A stretch of DNA of 64,000 nucleotides from Patescibacteria group bacterium (GTDB lineage: Bacteria; Patescibacteriota; Patescibacteriia; UBA2591; UBA6264): assembly GCA_021735685.1 (NCBI GenBank), contig JAIPGN010000003.1, positions 1,269-65,268 of the forward strand, given 5' to 3'. The notes under the pieces were generated by a model, which worked only from the letters and a program-made list of their open reading frames with translations, did not search any database and was not told the origin of the DNA. How positions within the stretch are numbered: the stretch's first letter is position 1; the number at the start of each line of letters is the position of its first letter. The position numbers were made by a program, and so were the translations under genes. Shown piece by piece: positions 39,512-49,183 of this stretch.

Positions 39512-40036
39512 TCAATTAACTCTTTTAATTAACTTTTTAATTTCTCGAGAACGTCGCCAAAAAGGTAAATAATCAATAATCAAAACTCCTTTCAAATGAT
39601 CAATCTCGTGTTGCAGGACGCGAGCTAAAAAATCACGAGCCTTAATAGTTATTTTTTCGTTATTAGCTAAAGACCAACCTTTTACTTCAACCTCCACCGC
39701 TCTTTTAACTTTAACTGAAGTTCCGGGCAAACTTAAACAACCCTCAGCTCCTTTTTTCTTTTGAGCAGATTTTTTAATAATGCGGGGATTAACCAAACAA
39801 AGAAATCCTCGCGGAGAAAGACCTTGATCTTCTCCAATCAAAGAAAGATTGATTACTATCACCTGCTGATTAAAACCAACCTGCGGAGCAGCCAAACCTA
39901 CTCCGTCCTTGGATTTTGACAAAAAATCAATCATAGACCGACAAAAAAATCTAGTTTTTGAATCAAAATCTTTTATTTTTTGGCTCTCCCTTCTTAAAAC
40001 CGGATCGCCGTAGGTATGAATCCTTAATTGTTCCAT
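39512..40036 (-). CDS. def: Peptide deformylase
   Basis: GVGLAAPQVG, EGCLS, QHEIDHLKG. Confidence 0.97.
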   Translation of the reverse strand: MEQLRIHTYGDPVLRRESQKIKDFDSKTRFFCRSMIDFLSKSKDGVGLAAPQVGFNQQVIVINLSLIGEDQGLSPRGFLCLVNPRIIKKSAQKKKGAEGCLSLPGTSVKVKRAVEVEVKGWSLANNEKITIKARDFLARVLQHEIDHLKGVLIIDYLPFWRRSREIKKLIKRVN

Positions 40037-40068
40037 AAAACAAATTTTAACATTTTTAACAATTAAAA

Positions 40069-40093
40069 CAACCCTCTAAAACAAGAGGGTTTT
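40069..40093 (-). terminator. Hairpin after rplM
   Basis: AACCCTCT...AGAGGGTT inverted repeat. Confidence 0.55.
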
Positions 40094-40120
40094 TGATATA
40101 TCTAAAAATTTTATCTACTT

Positions 40121-40489
40121 TTAATTATTGATTTGCAATCTTTTCATACGTTCGGCGCGAAGTTTATTCTTAGGAAGCATATTATAAATAGCTTTTTCTA
40201 AAAGCTCAGCTGGATTTTTCTCAAAAATTTCTTTCATTTTCTTGGTCTTTAGCCCTCCTGGATACCCACTATGGCGGTAATATATTTTTTGAGTCATTTT
40301 ATTGCCGCTAACTTTGATTTTAGCGGCGTTATTAATAATCACAGAATCTCCCTGATCTTTGTTGGGGAAATAATTAGCTTTATTCTTGCCAGTCAACAAT
40401 AAAGAAACTCGACTAGCTAGCCGACCTAAAATTTTATCAGTGGCGTCAATATTATGAGTTTTTCTTGATCCAATATCCTTTTTTTGCAT
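40121..40489 (-). CDS. rplM: 50S ribosomal protein L13
   Basis: IDA...LGRLAS, GD.VIINNA, YYRHSGYPGGLK, MLPKNKL. Confidence 0.97.
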   Translation of the reverse strand: MQKKDIGSRKTHNIDATDKILGRLASRVSLLLTGKNKANYFPNKDQGDSVIINNAAKIKVSGNKMTQKIYYRHSGYPGGLKTKKMKEIFEKNPAELLEKAIYNMLPKNKLRAERMKRLQINN

Positions 40490-40503
40490 AACTATAATTT
40501 TCT

Positions 40504-40854
40504 TTAAACTAATTCCAAAATAACTATGGGTGCACCATCTCCTCGTCGATCTCCAATTTTTACTATTCTCAAATATCCACCATTTCTTTCTTGGTAACGA
40601 GGACCCAATTCTTGCAAAATTTTATCAGTTGCTTTTTTATTCTGTAAATAAGAATTAATCTTTCGCAAATTATCTAAATTATTAACCTTACCCCGAGAAA
40701 TTAAACGCTCTATAATTGGCTTAACTGCCTTTGCTTTGGCTTCCGTAGTCTTAATTTTATCATTCAAAACAAGAGCGCAAGCTAAATCCTTAAAAAGAGC
40801 TTTGCGAGGTCCAATTTTTCTAGAAAGAATTTTTCCTTTTTTTCTGTGTCGCAT
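40504..40854 (-). CDS. rplQ: 50S ribosomal protein L17
   Basis: MRHRK, IKTTEAKAK, RNGGYLRI, RRGDGA. Confidence 0.97.
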   Translation of the reverse strand: MRHRKKGKILSRKIGPRKALFKDLACALVLNDKIKTTEAKAKAVKPIIERLISRGKVNNLDNLRKINSYLQNKKATDKILQELGPRYQERNGGYLRIVKIGDRRGDGAPIVILELV

Positions 40855-40860
40855 AAAAAT

Positions 40861-41802
40861 TTATTTTTTGGCCTTGGCCTTACTTTTGGCTTTTTTCTTT
40901 TTTTTAGGAGTCGCCTTTTTCTTCTGATTATCTTTTGATTTTTTAGCCTTAGTTGCTGTTTTTTTCTTGGCCTTAGCCTTAGTTTTAGTTGCTGTTTTTT
41001 TCTTCTTACTTCCCTCTTTCCCTTTTTTGATCACTTCTTTTTTTGCCTTACTTTTCTTTTCACTCCCCACAGAAGAAGGCAAAACCCCTTCTGTTAAAGC
41101 GCTCAAAGAAGCAAATTGTTCATCTAAAAGACGCATTGCTTTTAGTCCTGCCTCTAAAGGAGTAAGAGTTCCATCGGTTTCAATGCCTAGAATTAAACGA
41201 TCATAATCAGTTCTTCCTCCAACTCTCATATTTTCTACCTTGACCGAAACCTGTAAAACTGGAGTAAAAACAGAATCCACCACAATTGTTCCCACGTCTA
41301 AACCTTCTCTCTTTTTTTCTTCAGAAGGAATCCAACCATAACCTTGATCTACCCAAATATCCATATCCAATTCTGCTTTTTTGTCAGTTAATTCAGCAAT
41401 TAACAGGTCGGGATTAACAATTTCAACGTCAGCCGATTTCTCAATATCAGCCGCATAAACCTTTTTCTCTCCCTTGGCTTTTAATTTTAATTTCAAAGGT
41501 TCTTCGCTTTCCTTTAGAATTTTTAGACGTAATTCTTTTAAATTAAGAATAATCCCTAAAGCGTCCTGATAAACATGAGGAATGGTTGAAAATTCATATT
41601 TAACTCCCTTGATCTTTACCGAAACCACGGCTGCTCCGCCTAAAGAAGTTAGCAAAACTCGTCGCAAGGCATTCCCCCAAGTTAAACCATAACCAGGATA
41701 ACATGGCTCTACAAAAATAAATCCTTTATTTTTGCTTTCTTGATCTTCCTGGAATTTAACTTCTTGAGGCAAAAAAATATTTTTCATATTATTGGTCATC
41801 AA
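40861..41802 (-). CDS. rpoA: RNA polymerase alpha subunit (NTD intact; CTD replaced by a Lys-rich tail)
   Basis: EP..PGYG.T.GNALRRVLL, EFSTIP, D..FTPV, VEN.RV...TDYD.L, TDG; position in the alpha operon. Confidence 0.95.
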   Translation of the reverse strand: MMTNNMKNIFLPQEVKFQEDQESKNKGFIFVEPCYPGYGLTWGNALRRVLLTSLGGAAVVSVKIKGVKYEFSTIPHVYQDALGIILNLKELRLKILKESEEPLKLKLKAKGEKKVYAADIEKSADVEIVNPDLLIAELTDKKAELDMDIWVDQGYGWIPSEEKKREGLDVGTIVVDSVFTPVLQVSVKVENMRVGGRTDYDRLILGIETDGTLTPLEAGLKAMRLLDEQFASLSALTEGVLPSSVGSEKKSKAKKEVIKKGKEGSKKKKTATKTKAKAKKKTATKAKKSKDNQKKKATPKKKKKAKSKAKAKK

Positions 41803-41819
41803 AATTTCTAAATTATTTT

Positions 41820-42452
41820 CTAACGACTATAAAAAGCAATAATCAATTTATTATCAAATTCTTGGGGCAAATCTTTTTCTTCCGGTTCTTTCAAAATCTT
41901 AATCTCTAAATTTTTTAAATCTACATCAAGCCAAGCGGGAAGGGTTTCTTTGCCCTTGTCTTTTAAAAAAGCCAAATTATCTTTAACCATTTTTTGTATT
42001 TTCTTCTTAGATTTAACTTTAATCGTATCACCTACTTTTACCTGATAAGAAGGAATGTTCAAAGGCTTGTTATTTAAAAGAATATTATTGTGACTAATTA
42101 ATTGACGAGTAGCTCGACGTGAGGGAGCAAGTCCTGCTCGAAAGACCACATTATCGATCCTTAATTCTAATAATTTCAAAAAGGTAATCTCCGTGTTACC
42201 TGATTTATTTTTAGCTTCTTGAAAATAATTGTGACATTGTTTTTCAGAAATACCGTAAGTTCTCTTTAAGCTTTGCTTGGCCCTTAGCTGTAAAGCATAC
42301 TCAGAAAGACGAGGGTACCCTTTCGGTCCATTAGCTCCAGGCGGATATTTCCTTTTGACTAAAGCACAACGAGAAGAATTGCAACGATCTCCTTTAAGAA
42401 AAAGTTTTTTGCCTTCTCGGCGGCACATTTTACATCTTGGAAGTGCTTTCAT
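41820..42452 (-). CDS. rpsD: 30S ribosomal protein S4
   Basis: CKMCRREG.KLFLKG.RC, SEYALQLRAKQ, LELRIDNVVFR, FYSR. Confidence 0.97.
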   Translation of the reverse strand: MKALPRCKMCRREGKKLFLKGDRCNSSRCALVKRKYPPGANGPKGYPRLSEYALQLRAKQSLKRTYGISEKQCHNYFQEAKNKSGNTEITFLKLLELRIDNVVFRAGLAPSRRATRQLISHNNILLNNKPLNIPSYQVKVGDTIKVKSKKKIQKMVKDNLAFLKDKGKETLPAWLDVDLKNLEIKILKEPEEKDLPQEFDNKLIIAFYSR

Positions 42453-42480
42453 TGTTAAAAAAAATTAATAAAATAATAAA

Positions 42481-42867
42481 TTAAACTCTCCGTACACCCC
42501 GCGGGCGACAACCATTGTGAGGCAAAGGGGTAACATCTTTAATCGATAAAATATTTAAACCATTGGTGTACAAGGATCGTACTGCTGATTCTCGTCCCAT
42601 GCCCACTCCTTTAACAAAAACCTGAACATCTTTAAGGCCGTAATCTTGAACATCTTCCACCACTTTTTTGACAATGACACTAGCTGCATAAGGAGTGGCC
42701 TTTTTTGGCCCCTTAAAACCAAAACGACCAGCACTAGCCCAAGCCAAAACATTACCGGTTAAATCAGTCAAGCTAACGATGGTATTGTTGTAAGTAGCCT
42801 TAATGTAAGCTCTACCGCGAGGCACTGGTTTAATATTTTTTTTCTTTTTTTGTTTTTTAATTGCCAT
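42481..42867 (-). CDS. rpsK: 30S ribosomal protein S11
   Basis: NNTIVSLTD, TPYAA, DVTPLPHNGCRP. Confidence 0.98.
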   Translation of the reverse strand: MAIKKQKKKKNIKPVPRGRAYIKATYNNTIVSLTDLTGNVLAWASAGRFGFKGPKKATPYAASVIVKKVVEDVQDYGLKDVQVFVKGVGMGRESAVRSLYTNGLNILSIKDVTPLPHNGCRPRGVRRV

Positions 42868-42875
42868 AAAATAAT

Positions 42876-43268
42876 TTAAGTTTTCTTGGCGGCTGGACGA
42901 CGACCGCTACCCATTGTTTTTCGAGCATTACCGCGAACAGTGCGACTATTGGTTCTAGTTCTTTGTCCTCGTACCGGTAATTTTTTCTCGTGACGAGTAC
43001 CTTTATAGCACTTAATCTCTTTTAATCTTTTAATATTAGCGGTAATAAATCTTTTTAAATCTCCGCCCGTCTTATATTTATCTTCAATAATTTTCTTCAA
43101 AAGATCAACTTCTTGGGCAGTTAAATCATCAATTAGTTTATCTTTGTCAATTTTTGCTTCAGCTAAAATTTTATTTGACAAACTTCTTCCAATTCCAAAA
43201 ATATAGGTCAAGCCTATCTCTGCTCTTTTCTTACCCGGCAAATTAACTCCTACAATTCTAGCGGCCAT
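42876..43268 (-). CDS. rpsM: 30S ribosomal protein S13
   Basis: ARIVGV, LTYIFGIG, LPVRGQRTRTNSRT. Confidence 0.98.
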   Translation of the reverse strand: MAARIVGVNLPGKKRAEIGLTYIFGIGRSLSNKILAEAKIDKDKLIDDLTAQEVDLLKKIIEDKYKTGGDLKRFITANIKRLKEIKCYKGTRHEKKLPVRGQRTRTNSRTVRGNARKTMGSGRRPAAKKT

Positions 43269-43318
43269 AAAAAATAAATATTAATTAATTATAAATAGAA
43301 AAGTCTCCATAAATAAAA

Positions 43319-43432
43319 TTACCCTTGCCTCTGTTTATGTTTGGGATTTTTGCAAATTACATAAATTCTTTTTCCGCGTCGAACTATTTTACAATCTCGA
43401 CACATTTTTTTTACAGAAGACCTTACTTTCAT
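43319..43432 (-). CDS. rpmJ: 50S ribosomal protein L36 (Zn-binding type)
   Basis: Manual translation [37 protein letters not shown]; below the ORF-track length cutoff. Confidence 0.97.
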   Translation of the reverse strand: MKVRSSVKKMCRDCKIVRRGKRIYVICKNPKHKQRQG

Positions 43433-43515
43433 TTTTAAATTTATAAAAAATAATAAAAAATAAAAAAATATGCAAAAAGTCTACATTAAAAAAATCCTTA
43501 TAAAAGGATTGTTAC

Positions 43516-43749
43516 CTATTTTAAACGGTAGACTATTCTTCCTTTGGTTAAATCATAAGGACTAACTTCCAGTTTAACCCTGTCTCCCTGAGAAATTCTA
43601 ATACGATGTATTCTCATTTTTCCAGAAAGATGAGCTAAAACACTTTTCCCATTATCAAGAGTAACTCGAAAAGTTGCTGAGGGAAGAAGCTCTTCCACTG
43701 TTCCCTCTACGGTTAAAAAGTCCTTGGATATTTTTTGTCTATCAGGCAT
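43516..43749 (-). CDS. infA: Translation initiation factor IF-1
   Basis: [39 protein letters not shown]. Confidence 0.97.
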   Translation of the reverse strand: MPDRQKISKDFLTVEGTVEELLPSATFRVTLDNGKSVLAHLSGKMRIHRIRISQGDRVKLEVSPYDLTKGRIVYRLK

Positions 43750-43845
43750 ATAAAAAATTGTAGATATAAATTATTTTACAAGCTCCTATTTTATTGTCAA
43801 CCCCTAAATAAATAAAATTTAAAATGAACCTTTACTTCTTTCAAA

Positions 43846-44568
43846 TCATTGCTCTTCATCACGGTTTAACTCCTTTGATCTTAATCTTTCGTAATCCTCA
43901 ATTTTTATTTTTATTCGTGAATAAAATAAAGGTAAACGAGAATAAAAACTAGGCCAATTTTCAATCTTTGCTTTATTAATTCCTTTCACTTCTTCTAGCA
44001 AAAGACGAGCTTCTCTTAAAGACTGACCAACTATTTTTTTTCTAAGAAGTGACCAATCATAATTAGTTACCACCTCCCCTTTTAGAGTCACTCTTAATTT
44101 AGCCCTTTCAATATTTAAATCTTGAGTCAATATATCAAAATTTTCCTCAGTTAATACTGGCCAAAAAACTTCTTTAGTAATTTCATCCGCTTGACCCTCT
44201 TCTTGAGAGATAAACTCATCTAAAATTAATTTAGCCTTAAAGTCAACCACTTTCTTCACATCTTCTCTGCGAAAAGCAAGCACTTTCCCTTCTTCTAAAT
44301 TCCTTAAATCGTCAATCAAGAAATAAGAAGAGGTTTTATCTGACAAATCTTGCGAATCAAGATAATAAGACGGAATTATGCTTAGTTCTGGCAAAACTTT
44401 GCCAAAATCAGACCGAATATTGAGATCAAAATCTAAAGACAATGGTTCTTGTTCAACTGCCAAACTTATCTCTGCCCAAGGTAACCAGGCCAAAAAAAAC
44501 ATTAATACTAAAAATGATAAAAATGATAAAAAAATTTTAAAAGTTGGAAAACTATAAGACATATTCAA
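43846..44568 (-). CDS. Hypothetical membrane-anchored protein
   Basis: N-terminal TM; LP.A.I; C-terminal I.G.....A...L....GI....I..WP....LP....I.I pattern. Confidence 0.6.
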   Translation of the reverse strand: MNMSYSFPTFKIFLSFLSFLVLMFFLAWLPWAEISLAVEQEPLSLDFDLNIRSDFGKVLPELSIIPSYYLDSQDLSDKTSSYFLIDDLRNLEEGKVLAFRREDVKKVVDFKAKLILDEFISQEEGQADEITKEVFWPVLTEENFDILTQDLNIERAKLRVTLKGEVVTNYDWSLLRKKIVGQSLREARLLLEEVKGINKAKIENWPSFYSRLPLFYSRIKIKIEDYERLRSKELNRDEEQ

Positions 44569-45541
44569 TTTCTAGATCTAAATTAAGACCAAATTTTTTT
44601 AATACTTTTTCTTGAGCTAACTTAATCAAAAAATAAATATCTTTAGCTGTAGCTTGACGAAAATTAATAATAAAATTAGCATGTTTTTTGCTAATCTTGG
44701 CCCCACCCCTTTCATAACCCTTTAACCCACATTGATCAATTAGCCAACCAGCCGGAATAACTCCTTTCTCTCGAAAGCTCAACGGAACCAAAGGATGAAA
44801 AGAAAAATCTTGACGACTATTTTCTCTTGTCACATTTTTAAAAACACAACCAGCTGAAAAACCACTGGGAATATTTTTTTGCCGTGTTGTCAAAATTTGC
44901 TTTTGCCTGATTAAAATCTCATTCGAAGATGTTTTATTTAACTTCAATTCAACTTCTAAAATAATATTATTTCTAGGATTATTTTTAAACCAGCTATTCC
45001 GGTAAGAAAAATCCAAATAGTCTGCCCCCCTTTCCTCTTCCAGTCCATCTTGATCACAAAACAAAACCCCAGTAACCAAATCTCCTATACTAACTCCTTG
45101 ACGTGGCCAACCAGCATTACCATAAACCGCTCCCCCTACCGTGCCAGGAATACCAATAAAGTAATCTAATCCTGCCCAACCTTGCTGGGCGCAAAATGAT
45201 ATTAATTCCGCCAAAGGCAGGCCCGCGGAAACTTTCAAAAAAACAACATTATCGTCTTCTTTGCTAATTTTTATTTCGTGAAAGCTTAACTTAAGAATTA
45301 AACCGTCAAATCCTCGATCAGAAAAAAGAACATTACTTCCTCCCCCTAAAACAAAATAAGAAAGGTTTTGTTTTCCAGCCCAAGCTAAAACCTCTTTCAA
45401 CTCTGCTTGACTTTGGACTTTACAAAAATAACGAGCCTTTCCTCGGCCAGCTCGAAAACTAAGCAATGGTGCTATTTTAATATTTTTTTGAATAACTGCT
45501 TTCATATCTTTGTCTCTTATCCTATCAATTTCCTTAATCAT
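44552..45541 (-). CDS. murB: UDP-N-acetylenolpyruvoylglucosamine reductase
   Basis: GGGSN, GIPGTVGGA..NAG, FSYRNS, SAGCVFKN, KHANF; alternative start at 45505. Confidence 0.95.
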   Translation of the reverse strand: MIKEIDRIRDKDMKAVIQKNIKIAPLLSFRAGRGKARYFCKVQSQAELKEVLAWAGKQNLSYFVLGGGSNVLFSDRGFDGLILKLSFHEIKISKEDDNVVFLKVSAGLPLAELISFCAQQGWAGLDYFIGIPGTVGGAVYGNAGWPRQGVSIGDLVTGVLFCDQDGLEEERGADYLDFSYRNSWFKNNPRNNIILEVELKLNKTSSNEILIRQKQILTTRQKNIPSGFSAGCVFKNVTRENSRQDFSFHPLVPLSFREKGVIPAGWLIDQCGLKGYERGGAKISKKHANFIINFRQATAKDIYFLIKLAQEKVLKKFGLNLDLEIEYVL

Positions 45542-45626
45542 TTACAAGGACAAGGCCTCTTTGGTTGCTCTCCTCTTAAATCTTTGATATAATGTGGTTA
45601 AATAAAATAAATTTTTAAATAAAAAA

Positions 45627-46556
45627 ATGAAAAATTCCAACATCAAAACCATTAAAAGTAAAAATTTAACCTGGGTAGATGTCTCTGCTTGTCGCCCTTT
45701 GGAAATGAAAAAAATAGAAAAGGAATTCAATGTTCACTCTCTGCACATTGAAGACTGCCTCTCCCCCATTCAAAGCCCCAAAGTGAGCGTTACTTCTCAA
45801 TACTTATTCATGGTTCTTCTTTTCCCCGTCTACGACCGCAAAACCAGAAAAATAAAATCTTCTGAAGTTGATTTTTTTATTAATTCCAACACTTTAATTA
45901 CTATCCATCGTGGTGAACTTTCTCCTTTAATGAATTTATTTAATCTCTGTCAAGGTAATAAAGAACAAAAAGATAAATATTTTGTTGGTTCTCCAGCTCT
46001 TTTGATTTATGAAATTTTAAAGCGCCTCTTTGAATCATGTTCTCCGATTCTAGGACACATTAACCTTAATATCAATAGTATTGAAGAAAATATTTTTAAG
46101 GGTTACGAGAAAAAAATGGTTCGAGAAATATTAGTCGCCAAAACCAATATTGTTAATTTCCGCCGTATCACCCAAACTCATCGTTTAGTAGTAAGTAAAC
46201 TCTTGGAAAAAAGCTCTCTTTTCTTTTCTCCTGGTCAATTAAAAATTTATTTTCAAGAGGTCATTGAAACCGCAACTGACATTTGGTCCTCCCTAGAAAA
46301 CCTTAAACAAACCATTGACGCCATTGAGCAAACCAACAATTCTCTTATATCCTTTCAATTAAACGATATTATTAAAATACTAACTATTATTTCCATTATT
46401 GTTTTGCCCATCACCATAGTTGCGAGTATCTTTGGCATGAATCTTAAATTTATGCCCTTGATGAACGACCCCTTCAGTTTTTGGGCTCTTTTAGGAGTGA
46501 TGATTATCTTAACTATTTTCCTGATTGGATATTTTAGAAAAAAACAATGGTTTTAA
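45627..46556 (+). CDS. corA: CorA-family Mg2+/Co2+ transporter
   Basis: N..IKILT, FGMN signature, two C-terminal TM helices, KKQWF. Confidence 0.92.
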   Translation: MKNSNIKTIKSKNLTWVDVSACRPLEMKKIEKEFNVHSLHIEDCLSPIQSPKVSVTSQYLFMVLLFPVYDRKTRKIKSSEVDFFINSNTLITIHRGELSPLMNLFNLCQGNKEQKDKYFVGSPALLIYEILKRLFESCSPILGHINLNINSIEENIFKGYEKKMVREILVAKTNIVNFRRITQTHRLVVSKLLEKSSLFFSPGQLKIYFQEVIETATDIWSSLENLKQTIDAIEQTNNSLISFQLNDIIKILTIISIIVLPITIVASIFGMNLKFMPLMNDPFSFWALLGVMIILTIFLIGYFRKKQWF

Positions 46557-46575
46557 AAAATTAAAAATTCTCCGT

Positions 46576-47982
46576 ATGTTGCAGATATATAACACTCTTG
46601 GACGACAAAAAGAAAAATTCATTCCTTTACAAAAAGACAAAGTCGGTCTTTATAGTTGTGGCCCGACTGTTTATAATTATGCTCATCTAGGAAATTTGCG
46701 CGCTTATGTCTTTGCCGATATTTTGAAAAGAACTTTACAATACAATCAATATGAAGTCAAACATATTATCAATATCACTGATATTGGTCACTTAACCTCT
46801 GATGCTGACGCTGGTGAAGATAAAATGATCAAAGCCTTGCAAAGAGAAGGGAAAAAATTGACTCCAGAAGCTATGCAAGAAATAGCCAATTTTTATAGCC
46901 AATCTTTTTTTCAAAATAGAGACGATTTAAATATTCTTCCCGCAGATAAATATCCTTTAGCTAGTCAGCATCTACCGGCAATGATTAAAATGATTCAGGC
47001 TATAGAAAAAAATGGTTATAGCTATGAAACTAAATCCGCTCTTTATTTTGATACGCAAAAATTTAAAAATTACGGACAATTAGCTTCAAAAAAATCAAAA
47101 AATTCAGAAAAAAACGAAGCTAGAATAGAAATTAATCCCGAAAAAAAGAATTCCTCTGATTTCATCCTCTGGTTTAAAGCTAAAGGAGAAAAAAGAAAGC
47201 ACCTTTTGCAATGGAATTCCCCTTGGGGCGAAGGTTGGCCTGGTTGGCACATTGAGTGCGCGGCTATGTCCACTCAATATTTGGGGCAACCCTTTGATTT
47301 ACACACTGGAGGCATTGATCACATCCCCGTGCATCACACCAATGAAATTGCTCAAGCTGAAGCCGCCTACCAAAAACCTCTAGCTCAATATTGGCTTCAC
47401 AATGAATTTCTGGTTTTAGATCAAGGGAAAATGTCTAAAAGTAAAGGAGGATTTATTACCTTAGAGACCCTAATTGAAAAAAAAATTCACCCTCTATCTT
47501 ATCGCTATCTTTGCCTTAACACTCATTATCGGTCTCCTCTTTCTTTTAGTTGGGAAAGCATGGAGTCAGCTCAAAATGCCCTCTTCAAGCTTTACCAATT
47601 AACCGCTTCCCTGCCAAAACCTTCTTCAAAGAAAATAATAATAAAAATTGAAAATGATTTTCAAAAAGCAATCAATAACGACCTCAACACTCCTCAAGCC
47701 TTAGCCTTAACTTGGTCCTTACTTAAAAATAAACAATTTTCTCCTCAGCAAAAAATTGACACTTTAATTAAAATGGATCAAGTTTTAGGACTCAATATAG
47801 AAAAAAATAGAAAAAACATTTCAAAAGTCCCTTTAATTGTGGAAAATTTAAGCAAAAAAAGAGAAAATCTCCGAAAAGAAAAAAAATGGGAAGAAGCTGA
47901 TCAAATTCGCCAACAAATAGAAAAAGCTGGCTTTATTGTCGAAGATTCTCCCCAGGGACCTCTTTTGAAAAAGAAAAATTAA
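46576..47982 (+). CDS. cysS: Cysteine-tRNA ligase
   Basis: YNTL, CGPTVY, HLGN, PGWHIEC, HH.NE, KMSKS; start moved to ATG 46576. Confidence 0.97.
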   Translation: MLQIYNTLGRQKEKFIPLQKDKVGLYSCGPTVYNYAHLGNLRAYVFADILKRTLQYNQYEVKHIINITDIGHLTSDADAGEDKMIKALQREGKKLTPEAMQEIANFYSQSFFQNRDDLNILPADKYPLASQHLPAMIKMIQAIEKNGYSYETKSALYFDTQKFKNYGQLASKKSKNSEKNEARIEINPEKKNSSDFILWFKAKGEKRKHLLQWNSPWGEGWPGWHIECAAMSTQYLGQPFDLHTGGIDHIPVHHTNEIAQAEAAYQKPLAQYWLHNEFLVLDQGKMSKSKGGFITLETLIEKKIHPLSYRYLCLNTHYRSPLSFSWESMESAQNALFKLYQLTASLPKPSSKKIIIKIENDFQKAINNDLNTPQALALTWSLLKNKQFSPQQKIDTLIKMDQVLGLNIEKNRKNISKVPLIVENLSKKRENLRKEKKWEEADQIRQQIEKAGFIVEDSPQGPLLKKKN

Positions 47983-47989
47983 GCAAAAT

Positions 47990-48023
47990 AAAAAGTTTGA
48001 AGGTTAGGTCCTCAAACTTTTTT
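47990..48023. terminator. Bidirectional terminator between cysS and rplA
   Basis: AAAAAGTTTGA...TCAAACTTTTT between convergent genes. Confidence 0.65.
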
Positions 48024-48041
48024 TATTTTAAAAAAATTAAA

Positions 48042-48722
48042 TTAAGATACAATAATCTTAATAGCTGGACCCATAGTAGAAGAAACAAAAACATTCTTAA
48101 TAAAATTGCCCTTAATTCCAGCAGGTCTTTTTTTCTTAATCTCGTTTAAATAAGCTTCAATATTTTCTTTAATCTTTTTTTGATCCCAAGACACTTTAGC
48201 CAAGGCTTGATGCAAATTAGCTCCAGCATCATTCTTAAAAGCAATCTTACCGGAACGTAAACTTTTAATAATATCTTCAATGTCTTCACCAATAGTTTCG
48301 GTTTTGGGCGAAGGCATCAATCCCTGCGGCCCCAAAATTTTAGCAATCTGAGCCAACTCTGACATTAAACCTGGATGAGCTACCACCAAATCAAAAGAAC
48401 AACTTTTTTCTTTTTTAATCTTCTCAATAATCTTAGCTCCTCCCGCTAAATCGGCTCCAGCTTTTTTGGCCACAGCTTCTTGATCTGGGGGAACAATAGC
48501 TAAAATCTTTCTCTTTTTTGCTCCTCCGTGAGGCAAAACAACAGCTCCCCGTACCTGTTGTTCTGTTTTTCGTGGATTAGTGCCAAGCTGAACGTGCAAC
48601 TCTATGGTTTCATCAAATTGAGAAGAAGTATTAGCCTTAACTATCTCAATAGCTTCATCTAAAGAATATTTTTTATCTTGATCTATTTTTGACCTGACCT
48701 CTTGGTATCTTTTGCTGCGCAT
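48042..48722 (-). CDS. rplA: 50S ribosomal protein L1
   Basis: FDETIE, QQVRG.V.LPHG, LGP.GLMP.PK, SSTMGP. Confidence 0.97.
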   Translation of the reverse strand: MRSKRYQEVRSKIDQDKKYSLDEAIEIVKANTSSQFDETIELHVQLGTNPRKTEQQVRGAVVLPHGGAKKRKILAIVPPDQEAVAKKAGADLAGGAKIIEKIKKEKSCSFDLVVAHPGLMSELAQIAKILGPQGLMPSPKTETIGEDIEDIIKSLRSGKIAFKNDAGANLHQALAKVSWDQKKIKENIEAYLNEIKKKRPAGIKGNFIKNVFVSSTMGPAIKIIVS

Positions 48723-48748
48723 AGAAAAAACTTAATAATTTTAATTAA

Positions 48749-49171
48749 TTAATCTTTAACCTTAACTCCCATTTGACGAGCAGTGCCCTCAATAATTTTA
48801 GCTGCCTGCTCTACATCTTCAGTGTTTAAATCTGGCATTTTTAATTTAGCAATTTCTTTAATTTTGGTTTTGGATATCTCTCCTACTTTTTCTTTTAAGG
48901 GATTGCCAGATCCTTTATCTAAATTAATAGCTTTCTTAATTAAATCTACCGTCAAAGGCCTTTTTAGACGAAAGGTATAACTACGATCTTCATAAACCGT
49001 AATTTCAGTAGGCAAAACATAACCCTCCTGGCCCTTGCTTTCTTCGTTAAATTTTTGGCAAAATTCAGCAATATTTAAACCATGCTGTCCTAAAGCTGGA
49101 CCTACCGGTGGAGCAGGATTTGCTTTCCCTGCTGGAATTTGTAATTTAATAACAGTAGCTACTTTTTTCAT
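48749..49171 (-). CDS. rplK: 50S ribosomal protein L11
   Basis: [29 protein letters not shown]. Confidence 0.98.
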   Translation of the reverse strand: MKKVATVIKLQIPAGKANPAPPVGPALGQHGLNIAEFCQKFNEESKGQEGYVLPTEITVYEDRSYTFRLKRPLTVDLIKKAINLDKGSGNPLKEKVGEISKTKIKEIAKLKMPDLNTEDVEQAAKIIEGTARQMGVKVKD

Positions 49172-49183
49172 ATATTTAAAAAG

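Noticed and set aside
39323-39532. 69-aa plus-strand ORF
   Set aside because: Antisense to tRNA-Thr and tRNA-Gly.
43846-44568. Phage baseplate-like gene / prophage
   Set aside because: Only a vague resemblance; it is membrane-anchored, overlaps murB and has no phage genes nearby.
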